A stretch of DNA of 64,000 nucleotides from Felis catus (Eukaryota). Made by a program: the position numbers and the translations under genes. The stretch is taken from positions 64,978,001 through 65,042,000 of the forward strand of contig NC_058368.1 in NCBI RefSeq assembly GCF_018350175.1, written 5' to 3'. Shown piece after piece: positions 37,215 to 50,890 of this stretch (the stretch's first letter is position 1; each line of letters opens with the position of its first letter). The notes below the pieces were generated by a model. That model did no database searches, was not told the DNA's origin, and saw only the letters and a program-made list of their open reading frames with translations.

Positions 37215-37266
<52 letters not shown>

Positions 37267-38705
37267 CCCTCCCCCCCGCCGCTCCCCCACACATGTGCAT
37301 GCTCTCTTGCTCTCTCAAAATAAGTCAACTTTTGAATAAATAAATAAAATGGAAATAATCTCCAAATTGATCTACAGATTCAATGCAATATCTATCAAAA
37401 TCCCAGATGGCTTTTTGGCAGAAATTGACACACTGATCCTAAAACTCATATGCAAATGCAAGAAACTTGAAAGACACAAAGAGCTAAGTTGAAAGTCTCA
37501 TTCTTCCTAATTCCTAATTTCAAAGCATAGTGCAGAGTTATCAAGACATGTGGTACAAGCTTACAGACAAATGTATAAATCAATGAAATAGAATTAAGAA
37601 TCCAGATTTGAACTCCTATCTCACACCATTCACAAAAATTAACTTAAAGTGGATCATAAATATAGGAGCTAAATCTAAGTAACTATAAGAAGAAAACCTG
37701 GGAGTAAATCTTTGTGACCTTGAATTGGGTGATGGTGTCTTTCATATGACACCAAAGGTACAAGCAACAAAATGTTAAATTGGACTTCATCAAAATTACA
37801 AGCTTTTGTGCCTCAAAGATCTCCAATAAGAAAGTGAATGGATGAAAATATTTGAAAATCATATACAGTATGTGATAAAAGACTTGTATTCAGAACATAT
37901 AAGGAACACATACAACTCAAAAATACAGAGATATAGAACCTAATTTTAAAAAAAGAATCTGAACATTCTCTGAAGAATATATACAAATGGTCCATAAAAC
38001 CATAAAAAGATGCTCAACATAATTAGTTGTTAGTCATTAGGGAAATGGAAATCAAAACCACAAGATACCACTTCATACTCACTAAAGTGGAAGAAAAATA
38101 ATAAACGTTGGCAAGGATGTAAAGAAATTAGAACCCTCATGTGTGGCTAGTAAGAATGTAAAATCTCGCAGCCACTTTAGAAAACAGTTGGCCACTTCCT
38201 CAAAATGTTAAAACCTATGATGCAACAATTTTACTCTTAAGTATATACCAGAAAGAAATAAAATCCTATATCCACACAAAAATATATACATTGAGCCTTA
38301 TTCATAATAACCAAATTGTAAAAACTATCCAAATAGCCATCAATTGATCACTAAAATATGGTGCATCCACACAATATTATTTGACAATAGAAAGTACTAA
38401 AATATTGATAAATCCTACAACATAGATGAACCTTGAAAGATTATGGTTAGTCAAAGAAGTTAATCACAAAAGACCGCATATTGTATGGTTTCATTTTTAT
38501 GAAATATCCAGGATAGGCAAATCCATGGATACAGAAAGTAAATTAATGGCTGTCAGGAGGTTGGGGTTGAAGGAATGGGGAGGGTCATGAAAGTTTCTAA
38601 AATGGTTGCACACTCGGTGAATATATTCAAAACTGTCCATTTTAAATGAGTGAAGTTTATAGCATATAAAATATATTTCAATAAAGCTGTTTTTAAAAAA
38701 AAAAG
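36730..38705 (+). mobile_element. Old L1 (L1MB-like) ORF2 3' half and 3' UTR, fragmented
   Basis: AAATTGATCTACAGATTCAATGCAAT; TTGGACTTCATCAAAATT; GAAATATCCAGGATAGGCAAATCCAT; TTTCAATAAAGCTGTT tail. Confidence 0.9.
37115..37345 (+). mobile_element. Can-SINE with an internal deletion and (CT)n
   Basis: TSD TAAAATGGAAATA. Confidence 0.9.
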
Positions 38706-39164
38706 AAAAGGATTGAACAATTTGAATGTTTAAAAGATCAATACTTTCTTCCTGATTCAAAATTAGGGAAGATGTCAAGGTGAATCCTGACCAAGGCCTA
38801 ATAGCAACATGCAGAAATCCCTACCTCAAGAAGTGAAACTCCCAAACCTCTGGGCAAAACCTAGAAAAGGAGGAAGAATGGGATTTCTGAGACACCGAGG
38901 TGGCAATTGCTAGAAGACCCCAAGGGAAAGAGTTGTGACCTAATTAAGTGTCTGTACGAATGTGTCAAAGATAGGCTGCTGAAAGTCTGTCAGTCTGGCA
39001 TGATATCCCTTTACTGAGCTAACCCTGAGGAGAGAGATGATTTCCCCTGGAAAAACTACAATGGCAATGACAGGAACCTCTAACTGCACCCAGGGCAGTC
39101 GAAGACACTTAATGCTTGGGACGTAGCCGTTAAAGATAATGCTGCTTTTTCAACACGTCTTCGC

Positions 39165-39526
39165 TGCTATCAACTGAATGTTTATGTCTCCCCAAGATTC
39201 ATATATTGAAATCTAGTCCTCAGGATGATGTTATTTGGAGGTGGGGCCTCTGGGATGTGACTAGGTCAGGAGGATGGAGCCTGTGTAAGTGGAATTAGTG
39301 CTTTTATAAAGTAGACTCCAGATTGCTCCCTTGCCTTCTTCTGCCATGTGAGCTTTCAGCAAAAAGATGTCCATCTATGAACCATAAGTAGCCTCTTGCC
39401 AGACACCAAATCTTCCAGCACCTTGATCTTAGACTTCCCAACCTCTGCAACTTTGAGAAATAAACTTCTGTTATTTCTAACCCACCCAGTTTATGGTATC
39501 CTGGTATGGCATCTCAAAGTAATACA
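39165..39526 (+). mobile_element. MaLR solo LTR (MLT1A/B-like)
   Basis: TGCTAT..CTGAATGTTTATGTCTCCCCAAGATTCATAT ... GAGAAATAAACTTCTGTT ... TAATACA. Confidence 0.9.
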
Positions 39527-41231
39527 GCTACAAAATTTTTCTTTTTGCCATAAAAGGTACTTCTAAATGTTTAATGGAGTTCAAAAGAGCTGAAATCTTA
39601 GAATAAATTGTTGAACTCCTCAACAGAGAATAACTTGAGGGAGGGTATTGATCTTCCACACAGGACACCTGTCATTTCTCAGCAAGTAGAAAGTCTCTCT
39701 GAATTTCCCTCCTGACACCTAAGCACCAGCTCTCTGGACTGGTGCTACAGCAGCCCTTCCCAAGGCAATCACTGGTGATGGTTGCAATACCCAAGTGTAG
39801 ATTTTAGTTCCATGTCACAAAAGCCATTAGAATTGCTTCCCCCTTCCAGCTGCCGCATCCCCGACATCAAACACTTTGGTTTACCAAATATTTACATGAT
39901 AAGAATGTCTTAAAGAAAGTAGACTATACATCCTGCAAATCCACGTATGTAAATTTGTTTCACAACAGAATGCTGCTGGTGGATATTATCCGCACCACAA
40001 TTTGTGAAGTCTGACATGCCTATGTTATCCATGCTTTGGCATCTGTGTTGAGGCATGGTTTCTAAGTAGTCACTTCCAAAACCCTTTGATATTTTACCTC
40101 TATTTTTCTTATCTGCCCAACCACTCCATCCCTTGTCCTCATGCACATCAATATGACACAGGAGCATTTGACCCCTTCATACTTGGTCAGCATAGGAGTT
40201 TGGGACACATTTCCTTGACATGGGAAATTCATTCAAACAGAAATCTGTACAAATTAACTGTACAGATTAACATTTCACTACCACTGCCCAGGCAGTTATG
40301 CTTTTACCCAAACAGCTTGTGATTCTAGTTAAGAAGAAGACCCCAAAGCAGGATGTGAATAATACAAGCAGGAAAGCATATCTTGGTGCCTGTGAGTAGA
40401 CTTGGCACAAGAGCTCTGCATCACCCTACCTTTTGACTCTAGCTCCACACCCACTTGTTTTAAGTAAGATAAACCAAGTAAGTTTCTATTCCTTGCATTC
40501 TTAAAGAGGCTAGTTGGTACATATATTCACTATAAAGTGCTGAAAGATGTTTACTTTTGAGGGAACAAGGATGCTTATTAGATGCTTGTTAGAAATTACC
40601 AGGACATAGAGAACATATCTGTGAAGACTATTCAATTTCATTTTGCTTTGATTCCCATGCTCATCGAAATCTTCTACCTTCTAAAGATTTCCATCCACCT
40701 TGACATTTATAGTGCAACAGAATGAACAGAAGCATTGCAAGCACTTGAAAATGGACTACAAATTGCACACTATAAGTTCAACTAAAATTCCAATCTATAT
40801 ACCAATTTCTTGTGAATTTTAAGGGCATGGCTAAACTTTCTCTGTTAATTCTGAAAGTCTTGACAAAAAACTAGTTTCTGGCCATGGCCATGTCCCCTGC
40901 CTATCCCATGAAGGAAATGCCATGTCTGAGATGCTATTAGATTGAAAAGCTGACATGTTTATCTTATCACTCTCAAAATAAAACGTCTTCTGATTTTTTC
41001 TCTTATCATTCTTCCTCACTCTAGTCTCACAAGTGTGAACATTAGGTCCCTAACATATTCAAAACTGATTGTGTCAATGTTCTAGGTGTGGTAAACTGAA
41101 TTCGTTCATTTTTGCCTACAAAGTTTTGGGAAATGTGCGTTTTCTATTTATGAAATGTTGCAGGGTATATAGGTTAGTTGCCATCCCTGCCCTTAAGCAA
41201 CTTACTATCAAGATAGAATGTAAGCAGTGGT

Positions 41232-41510
41232 TGTGATGGTTAACTTTATGTGCCATCGTGGCTGGGCTACGGGATTCTCAGGTAGCTGGTAAAATACTAT
41301 TTCAGGGTGTGTATGAGATTGTGTCTCTGGAAGACATTAGCATTTGGATCAGTAGATTAAATAAAGATCACCCTCTCCAGTGCACATGGGTATCATACAG
41401 GTCACTCAGGGCCTAAATAGAAGAAAAAGGCAGAGTAAGTCCTTTTCTCGGATTGAGCTGAGACATCCAGCTTCTTCTCCTACCCTTAGAAGTGAAGAAA
41501 GCTGGAGTTC
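41232..41510 (+). mobile_element. MLT2 LTR 5' portion
   Basis: TGTGATGGTTAACTTTATGTGCCA ... GGAAGACATTAGCATTTGGATCAGTAGA. Confidence 0.85.
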
Positions 41511-41788
41511 GCCCTTGCCCTTTCTCCCTACCTACTCTAATCACAGCAACAGAATGTGGATCCAGTGGCTAGATTGTGAAACAAGAGCAACATTGTAGAA
41601 ATTATAGAAAGTCATCAATGGGCTAGATCCAATATGGTAGTCGGATTGTCTCGACCCAACTTTTCCAAGAGGTTTTCCATGAAAAACTAAAACTCTATCT
41701 TGTTTGAGGCAATTTTTTAGTTTTGTTCCTTCCAGCGTACATAATTCTGATCACAATAGCAGCACAAAATAGTGGTGACTAAGATTTC

Positions 41789-41818
41789 AATAAATAAATA
41801 AATAAATAAATAAATAAA
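41789..41818. repeat. (AAAT)n microsatellite
   Basis: Direct reading. Confidence 0.95.
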
Positions 41819-42369
41819 ATGCCGCTAATGAAGAAAGGCATTTTTCAATAAATATGAATGAAGGGTGTGGTGAGTACCTGGATTTGTGTGAAAAGAACTC
41901 TTCCCAGCTGTCACTGAATTGTCTTGCATTCTTATGAGAGGGCTTTATATAATCAGTACCTAATGAAATGTATAGGCCATAAATGCTGGAAAGGCACAGA
42001 AAGAAGAGGATCCTGTGGGTTTCGGTCTTCAGATAGCCCTGAAAAGCCATTCAATGAGCTAGACATTACTAGAAAATGTCATAATTAAGAGGGTGAAAGA
42101 AAAGGACTCTATCAAGGAAAGGTCAAAGTAAGGTCAAAAGCAGGGCCCAGTACATATATCCTTTGATTCCAGTGGAGAGTCACTTTTAAGGTAGTAAGGA
42201 GAGAATATGGCTAGAGAAAAAGAGCTTAGAGTCAAGCTAAGCTTGAATTTCTTTGAATTCAAGGGGAGCTACTGAAAACTTTTGGTATAGGAGAGTTATG
42301 AAAATTTCAAGATGGGAACCTCTTTCTTTGCTTTAGTTTTAAGTTCAAATCTATGCATAATACACTTTT

Positions 42370-42600
42370 TAAAAAGTAACCTGTGAACCTACTCGGTGGC
42401 AAGACTTCCAATATCAAGTATTTTATCTAATCTTTATAAGAACCTTGTGAAGTAATACCATCATGAATTGACTTTATAGATGAGGAAACTGAAATATTAT
42501 GGAGTCAAGAAGTTTGTTTGATATTACTCAAACAGCAAATGGCAAAAGCCAACTCTTCAGCCCAGTCCTGTATGGTATACATAACTTCCTGCTCCTTCCC
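42370..42600 (-). mobile_element. MIR
   Basis: Core TTTATAGATGAGGAAACTGA. Confidence 0.82.
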
Positions 42601-43919
42601 CTTTCACCACACAATTATGCCATAACTGGAATGACAAACTCAGAACTGACAGTTAAATTAATACTGTGGAATTTAAATGCTCTACTACTAGCATTTTTTT
42701 AAGAGAACATATAACTTGACCATAGAAGCTGAATTTCTTCTAAAAATAGAAGTTGATAAATGTCTTTTATGATTACTTTATTCATTTGATCCTTATCTTT
42801 AACATAAAAGCATTGAGGTAAAAAAGACACAAAGAGTAAAATTAAATTAGAACAGAATAAAAGGAATCAATGCTTATTACATATTCTATTCCCAAGATCA
42901 CAAATCTTCAAGGCCATTTAAAGAATAACTGCTGCATTATTGAGAGGCCTTCGCTTTAAACCACAAGGTGGAAAGAGATTGGCTGTGAAGCCATTCTCTC
43001 TGAAAACCTTTGAGCTTTGTGTTTAGCTCAAATTCTGAGATTTAAAAAAAAATTAAAATGCTGATTCAACCGTATAAGGACAATGGTTTCCTTTACTCTT
43101 TATTGCACTCCCAAGCACTTACAATTTTCAAAGTGTAGCTCTTTTTTGAATATCCTTTCTGAAGGATATAATTTTAAATATGCAATCAAGTCATTTTATT
43201 GTGTGACATCATTCATATCAAGTGAAGTTTCTTAGGTACTGAGTACACATAAATAACCGTGAATGTCAATGAGCTCATTGAGCAAGCATGATTTAAAATA
43301 ATGAAGTAATCTCTGATTGTAGTATTGATTATAAGCAAAAATTTGTAATATATGTTTCTATGTGGGATATATTTCAGAATATCTGTACTTGCCTCTCAGA
43401 AATATGGAATTTTGGCTTCTTCATGAACCCTTTTAAGAACCCTAATTCTTACATCCTTTATGTAACTTTCCATTTCAGGTTGTAAATTTCCATCTGGGAA
43501 GTCAGGAGTTCAGATGCTCATGTCCTGTGCGTTTTTTCATGTTCAACCACTTCATGAGACATGCCTCCTCTTAAGATGAAAATTAAGCTAATGTATCATT
43601 TGAAAAGTAACCCTATTGGTTTTGAAACCTATTAAAAGCTAGGATAAACACAGTTGACCTAAGACACACCGCATACACAAAAATTAAGTGTTTTGTATTT
43701 TTTAAACCTCGTTCATCAAAATAAAATTGCAAACTTTCTAGATACTCACATCATCGACGCATAACTTTATAACCAATGTTTATACCAGCTACCTGTGGGA
43801 AAGGATCTTGGAAGCATTTCAAACTCATTCCAATAATTAACAAACATTAAATATCTTTACTTCCCAGTTATGCTTAGAGAGAATTATGATATATTTTCAA
43901 TGATAATGGCAACTAGAAG

Positions 43920-44132
43920 TAACACTTATTTGTCAATTCACACGCACCAGACATACGTCTAGGTGCCTTAAACTAATCTTCACAGCAACTCTAGATGAGT
44001 GTTTTGGCTATCAGTCTCATTTTATAGTTAAGGAAACTGAGGCACAGATACTTGCCAGAATCACACAACTTAACAATAGCAAAGCTGGGCTTTGCATCAG
44101 GTTCTGTCCCCAATGTCTTTGCCATGAACCAT

Positions 44133-44133
<1 letters not shown>
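43920..44133 (-). mobile_element. MIR
   Basis: Core CATTTTATAGTTAAGGAAACTGAGGCACAGA. Confidence 0.85.
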
Positions 44134-44177
<44 letters not shown>

Positions 44178-44178
44178 G

Positions 44179-44209
<31 letters not shown>

Positions 44210-44213
44210 TTTT
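44134..44213. repeat. Compound (TA)n(CA)n(TA)n(T)n microsatellite
   Basis: Direct reading. Confidence 0.97.
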
Positions 44214-44289
44214 ACTTTTTCAATGAATGACTCAGGTAGTAATTACCAATGATCAGAGATAAACCTAAGGGAATAGTAAAAATTCCAGA

Positions 44290-44680
44290 TGATTAAAGTT
44301 GGACAGGGGTTCTAATTCTGATTCTGTGAATAACTTAGCATGTGATATTAGGTGAATGATTCCCCTTTCCTGAGCTTTAGTTTTCTTTAAAAAAAAAAAA
44401 AAAGGAAAATATTTACACTTACCACAATGGGCACTGAGTAATGTATAGAGTTGTCAAATCACTGTATTGTACACCTGAAACTAATATAACACTGAACATT
44501 AATTACACTGGAAAGGAAGAAAAGAAGAGAAAAGAAAAGAAATAAAATGATGCCAACTTGAATGGGTTGTTGTGAAAATTGGGAAAAAATATTTATAGTA
44601 ATAGATAGATGGTATACATACATAATGCCCAATACAGTACCACGTACATGAAAGATACTTTTCTTATGTTTTTATTAATT
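44290..44680 (+). mobile_element. MIR interrupted by a short carnivore L1 3' tail (~44425-44548)
   Basis: CCTGAGCTTTAGTTTTC..., then GCACTGAGTAATGTATAG...ACACCTGAAACTAATATAACACTG plus a purine tail, then GGGTTGTTGTGAAAATT. Confidence 0.75.
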
Positions 44681-44827
44681 TAAATATACAACACAAACCA
44701 GACTCAAACTAGTGGTTACCATGGTGATAGAGGAGAACCAATAACCTGAGCACTATGTTCAGCTTTCTCATTAACGTTGAAATACTTATCAAGTCATTCA
44801 ACCTCTCTGGAGTCTCAGTGTCCCCTT

Positions 44828-45019
44828 TCTTAAGTTTGTTTGTCTGTTTGTTTTTGAGAGGGGGAGGGGCAGAGGAAGAGGAAGAGAGAGGATCCCAAGC
44901 AGGCTTCACACTGTTGGCACAGAGCACGACACAAGGCTCGAACTCATGAACCATGAGATCATGATCTGAACCAAAATCAAAAGTCAGACGCTTAATTGAC
45001 TGAGCCACCCAGACACCCC
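44828..45019 (-). mobile_element. Can-SINE inserted in a MIR core
   Basis: Head ...GCCACCCAGACACCCC; flanks read AACCTCTCTGGAGTCTCAGTGTCCCC / CCCCTTTTATCTGTAA. Confidence 0.92.
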
Positions 45020-45082
45020 AATCCCAGCATCCCCTTTTATCTGTAACATACACTGAATGTATGGAGTCCCTCTATTACTTCC

Positions 45083-45454
45083 CGTTATGGACTGTAAGTT
45101 TTTACAACCCTCAAATTACTGTATTGAAACACTACCCCCACAATGCGATGGTATTGGGAGCTGGGGCCTTTGGGAGATAATTAGGATTAGATGAGGTCAT
45201 ATGGGTAGAGCCCTCATGAATGGGATTAGTTCCCTTAACTGTCACAAGAATGTTTGCTTCCACTCTTTGGTCTCTATCATGTGAGGATATCATGAGAAGC
45301 AGGCAATGTGCAACTGGGAAGAGGGCCCTCATGAGAACCTGACTAAGCTGGCACCTAATCTCAGACCTCCAACCCCCAGGACTGTGAGAAATAAATTTCT
45401 GTTGTTGATATTCAACCCAGTATAGTGGTACTTTAGCCCAAAGAGACTAAGACA
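45083..45454 (+). mobile_element. MaLR solo LTR (MLT1A-like)
   Basis: GTTATGGACTG ... GGACTGTGAGAAATAAATTTCTGTTG ... GACTAAGACA; TSD CTTCC/CCTCC. Confidence 0.92.
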
Positions 45455-45978
45455 CCTCCTAATCACCAATATGAACATTACTCCTATTTCCTCTCCCTCC
45501 TTAAAAATTCTAATCTTAAGAAGATATATGTCCTGCTTTCGGGCCTCAAAAGGATACCTGACATAATCTGAATCTTTCTTTGAAAGGTACAGCAAGCCTG
45601 GTAAGCATAGAAGCTATTGGGGGATTTCTGGAATCTGAGAAACAAAATTGGGATAGGAAAGAATAAATGGGAATGTCAATCCAAAGAACAGGTAAAGCAA
45701 GAATACATCAAGATCTTTAAGAGGAGCTAAGAGTTAATATAGAAAGAAAGGACAAGTCCAAAGGACAGAGACACAGGGTGTTGGTTAGAAAAAAAAATGA
45801 GTCAAAAGAAATTATGATAAAAGCCCCAGTGGTTCTGCGAAAATATAGAGCATCTAGGTCAGCTTCCCAAAACAATGACAAAATCTTTTGTAAGACATAT
45901 AAGTATGCTGGGGTGATAAAGGCACAGTGAGAGAATACCATGTCCTCCCTAGTAAAAAAATATTACACTTCCCCCAAC

Positions 45979-46126
45979 CAATGATTCTCAAATTAGGTTG
46001 TTCTTAAATTAAAATTCAGATCCTGATTTTGTACATCCAGAATGGGGCCCAAGATTCTCCTTTCCTGACAAGATCCCCAATGATACTGATGCTGTTGGCC
46101 AAAGGATGATTCCTTGAATGACAAGT
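45979..46126. mobile_element. MER5A-like DNA transposon
   Basis: CAATGATTCTCAAA ... TGGGGCCCAAGATTCT ... TGATACTGATGCTGTTGG. Confidence 0.75.
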
Positions 46127-46472
46127 CTCCCAAAGGAGATAGAAGCTCCTGCCATTCTTCCATTTCTTGAACCCGTATCCTCTCCTCAACCTCCAAAAGA
46201 CTCTACTCCATCCTTTAGCAGTGAGAGACCTTAGCCCCATCTCTACTAGTTCTAGAGTTGTGATGTTCAAAATCTGCTTTTGTTAGAACATCTGACCATC
46301 CCCAGGAACTGGGGAAGTAGTAAACAGTATAGGCAAGTATAAGGGGAAAGGAAACGGTCAAATAAGAAAAGCTGCAAGTGTGAGTCAAGATGTTTCTCCA
46401 ATATCTCTAAGATGGAACTTCAATAAATCTTGCTATAGATGATATATAATGTCTAGAAAAGCAGTAACATTA

Positions 46473-46830
46473 CGCAATGGACTGAAGGTGTCCTCCAAAA
46501 TTCATATGTTGAAACCAAATCCCCAATTTGATGGTATTTGGAAGTGAGGCCTTTGAGAGATGATTAGGGCATGAGGGCACAGTCCTCATGAATGGGATTA
46601 GCACCCTTATAAGAGACCTCAGAGAACTCCCTTGCCTCTTCTATTGTAGGAGGACACAGTGAAAAAATGGCCAACTATGAACCTGGAAATGGGTACTCCC
46701 CAGACACAGAATTGGCTGGCATGTTGGTCCTGGACATCCCAGCCTCCAGAACTATGCGAAATAAATTTCTGTTGTTATAAGCCTCCCATTCAATATTATT
46801 TTGTTGTAGCAGCCCAGACAGACTAAGGCA
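46473..46830 (+). mobile_element. MaLR solo LTR (MLT1A-like)
   Basis: GCAATGGACTGAA..GTCCTCCAAAATTCATATGTTGAAACC ... AGACTAAGGCA; TSD CATTA/CACTA. Confidence 0.92.
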
Positions 46831-47179
46831 CACTACCTTTCAGCCAAACACAAGGATAAAATTAGATTCTCCAGGATCCAAATCACTGTTTAAATCATTG
46901 TTTCTACAGAATAATAGATTCAAAATTCCACTTGAATATAATTAAGGAATTGGGACATGCTTACACACATAAAAAAAAATTTTAAATATACTTGACTCAA
47001 AAGATATTGTACTAGCTAAGTATTTTATACTACTGGATACTTATTTCTAAACATTAAGTACAGTAACAGAAGCTATCTCATAGCTATAAAAATAAAGTAA
47101 AAAATTAGTAATAATGAGAATTTTTTTAAGCTTTGGAGAACGTTTAGATGATTTGCTTCCTCCTTGGAAGGAGTACTTA

Positions 47180-47535
47180 ATTTTTTATTAATGATGTTTT
47201 TAATTTACATCCAAGTTAGTTAGCATATAGTGCAACAATGATATCAGGAGTAGATTCCTTAATGCCCTTTACTCATTTAGCCCATCCCCCCTCCCATGAC
47301 TCCTCCAGCAACCCTCTGTTCTCTATATTTAAGAGTCTCTTAGGTTTTGTCCCCCTCCCTGTTTTTATATCATTTTTGCTTCCCTTCCCTTATGTTCATC
47401 TGTTTTGTATCTTAAAGTCTTCATATGAGTGAAGTCATATGACATATCAGACAAAGGGTTAATATCCAAAATCTATAAAGAACTTATCAAACTCAACACC
47501 CAAAAAACAAAAAACCCAATGAAGAAATGGGCAAA
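47180..47535 (-). mobile_element. Short felid L1 insertion with a 5' inversion
   Basis: 47180-47442 is L1 3' UTR antisense and 47439-47535 is ORF2 sequence in sense. Flanks TACTTAATTTTT / TATTTAATTTTT. Confidence 0.85.
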
Positions 47536-47799
47536 TATTTAATTTTTAACATTTTAGATCCACTATAATAATTTGGTTTAAACTTAAGCTGCTCCATATT
47601 CTTAAAAATTGGTTGAATTTTAAAAAATCAGTGATATTACTATTTCACTTATTAATATTTTTAACCAGATGTTGCAGTTTCATGAAAAGAAATTTCTTAT
47701 TTCTATTAAATATATCCAAGTTGATATTTCGTATTTATACCCTACTTCCCAATGAAGATCACCAAATCTTAGAGTAAACATTGTGAGCTGAAAAGCTTG

Positions 47800-48008
47800 A
47801 AAATTTTTAAAAATTTTTTTAAACATTTATTTTTGAGAGACAGAGCATGAGCGAGAGACAGAGAGAGAAGGAGAAACAGAATCTGAAGTAGGCTCCAGGC
47901 TCCAAGATGTCCACACAGAGCATGAGGTGGGGCTCAAACTCACAAACTGTGAGATCGTGACCTGAGCTGAAGTTGGATGCTTAACTGACTGAACTGCCCA
48001 CGTGCCCC
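47800..48008 (-). mobile_element. Can-SINE
   Basis: TSD approx. AAAAGYTTGAAAA. Confidence 0.94.
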
Positions 48009-50304
48009 AAAAGTTTGAAAAATTTTATTGCTACTACAATTTTCTGAGGAGATTCTTTCCTTGAATATATTCTTAAAACGGCATTTATTTTAGCTCCAAA
48101 ATTTCTATCAAAACTCTTTTGGAATTCAAATGCATTATGTTTACTGAATCTGCTGAAATATGAAATAATTTGGTTAAAAATAAGACGATCATTTAATAGT
48201 GTGTCAATATTTTTTACTAAAAATATGTATGAATGTAAAGCCAATACCGAAATACTTGCAATTCCAGAATGCTCCAGTCATAACTAAAAGGGGGAAAGTT
48301 AGACTTCAGACAATTCCTTTCTTCCTGACCTTATCCCCCAGAACTACAAAAAATAAATTCTTCCCACATTCCTGTCCTATAGTTGCCAAAATACCTAGCA
48401 GGAAAATGCAAAATATTTAAAATATTTCCATCATCAAAATATAAAACAAAGAAAATAAATTTTTAAAAATTATTTTTACCCTTTCTTTGAAAAAACAGTG
48501 GGTATGAGCTTATAATGTACAGAATTCTCCTATGGCTTCTAAATTTTTTATCAACTTAATTTTTCCCTATTCTACTCAAGGAGGATAAGAAGTCCGTCAG
48601 ACCAGAGAGGTGAAGAAAGTTCCTCCAACCTCCTCTAGACTCAAGTTTAGTCTGTGTGGGCCTCTGAGGTGTAAAAAGCTTCCCACAGATGTGAAAGGCT
48701 AGTTGCTTGTGGCCCAGTTGCTGTGGTCTAAATGGGACCCTTCAGCACGGACTTCCCTATCACAGCTGGAATTCTGTAACAGATGCCATAAGAGGCCCCA
48801 GTCAGTGGTGACCTATAGAAACATCACCGTAGGAACAGCATTGCCCTTCTTCTAATGCCCAAGCACACACCATTTCCAGTCTGTTCAGAACAGAAAGCCT
48901 AGATAAAATAAGATTGAGCATGTACTCTGCTTGTCTTAAGGAAAATTGCTCAACCTCTGAAGATATTCTTCTGAGAGCAGAGAAAGAATGTGACAAAATA
49001 TTTAGGCATGGAATGGCCCTGTCTGTGCAAGGAGAGTACCCAGTTGTTAACCACTTTTGCATGAGCTTCATAGAAAAACAAGGTCCAGTAAGCTTAAAAC
49101 TGATAATTTATGACTACAAGTTAATTTTCTATCATGGTTTCTTGGCTCACATGGCCCACCAGGATAAAATCGTATAAAGAAAACAATGCAGAGGTCTTAA
49201 AAGACTCTTTGTAGAAACTCCATTAGGGTTTATTCTTATGTGACATTTATAATGACCCTTTGTCTGTATCTGGTTCTTGTGGTACCGTGGAAGACTGATA
49301 ATAACTGAGAGTCCGTGGACCAATCCTACAGCTCCTAAAAGTCTTAGGGTCTTTATTTCAGAGGACTAAAGATATTGAGCTTGATGGATTTTTAAGATTT
49401 TTACCAATTCCCTGACTAAGCATAGTCATAATTTTCTTTTACTGATTACTGCAAAAAGTCTATACCCAATCATACTATCAGCTACTCAACAAACAACAGT
49501 TTCTTTCACTCAGCATGCATTTGCTCAAAAGTCCAAACAAGTCCTGCCACATTAAGATAAACTACTGTTAACTATAGACATGAACACAATTCTAACTGAA
49601 TGTATGCCCATGTTGGGTTTACTCTTCCATAATTAATCACCCATCAATTTTAAAAATTGGCAGTTAAAAAAAATAACACAGATATATTACAGATATTTAA
49701 AGAATTCAAAGGGTCTAGAGGAAGAATAAAGTAATAAGTAGTAAACAGCTAAGTGGAAAATCTAATTGTAAAATTTCCAAGTGAATTGTTTAGTAGTTGC
49801 TTTAGGGAGAGAAGAGTTAATGGCTTGTCAACTTGAAACCATAGCAGCTCTTCTGCAAATATCACTCCTCAAATATCAGTTAATGCTCAAAGGCTAAACA
49901 AGACACTGCCTACAGTACTACAAGTTTTCTGTCAAAGACGCCGTATTTATAGGTGAAATTGGCCTTGCTACAAAGAGAAAATTGTACTTCAAAAAGTTAA
50001 TGAGAAACTTTGCAGTGAACTGAAGAACATGCACTGTATTTTAATGGCATAATTCTGTTCGTGAATGTTTCTGTGGCATTTACTCAGTTTATTATCTAGA
50101 AATTAATCAGATGATTTGGCAACAAATTAAAATATTAAATGCCATTTTACCCATACAATTATTTCATAATTGTTTAAATCTTATAGCACTGATACATCCC
50201 AGAAATAATGATAAGTAATTAGCTAGCTATCTCTTTAATGTAATTAACCAGACTCAGTTGCTTTTACTGATTGAATTAATAAGTGCTTTCATCCCTGTGG
50301 GGCC

Positions 50305-50306
50305 GA

Positions 50307-50346
<40 letters not shown>

Positions 50347-50370
50347 GAAAGAAAGAGAGAAAGGAAGAAA
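50305..50370. repeat. (GAAA)n tetranucleotide microsatellite
   Basis: About 10 perfect units, then degenerate. Confidence 0.97.
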
Positions 50371-50399
50371 AATTAGACCCAAAAGTTAGCTTAGTTATT

Positions 50400-50890
50400 T
50401 TTAAATAGTTTCAATACAGAGAAAATTTGGAGAATATTATAAAAAAAAAAACAAACTTCTTTTTTACAGAATCATCCGAGTAAAATTTTGCATGATGTTT
50501 TGTCACTTCTGAATATTTTATTTTACATATCCTACAAAAAAAGGATATTTCCCACATAACTGCAATACAACCATCAACATCAGAAATTTTGCAATGTTTT
50601 AATCTATTCCACAGACCCCATTCACATTTTATCAATTACTCCAACAATGTCCTTCATAACCAAAGGATTCAGCTCAGAACCATGTCTTAGTTTTCATGCT
50701 TCTTTTGTCTCCTTCACTCTAGAACTTTTTTAGTCTTTCTTTGATTTTCATAACCTGGCACTTTTGAAGATTACAGGCTGGCTATTTTTTAGAATATTCC
50801 TCAAACTGTGTTCGCTTGGTATTTCCTCATGATTAGGCTCAGAGTTTTCATTTTGGAGAAGTATATAAAGGATGTATGTCCTTTTCAAGG
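50400..50890 (-). mobile_element. Old L1 3' UTR (L1MC4/5-like)
   Basis: CATAACTGCAATACAACCATCAACATCAGAAATTT; CAGACCCCATTCACATTT; TTTTTAGAATATTCCTCAA. Confidence 0.75.
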
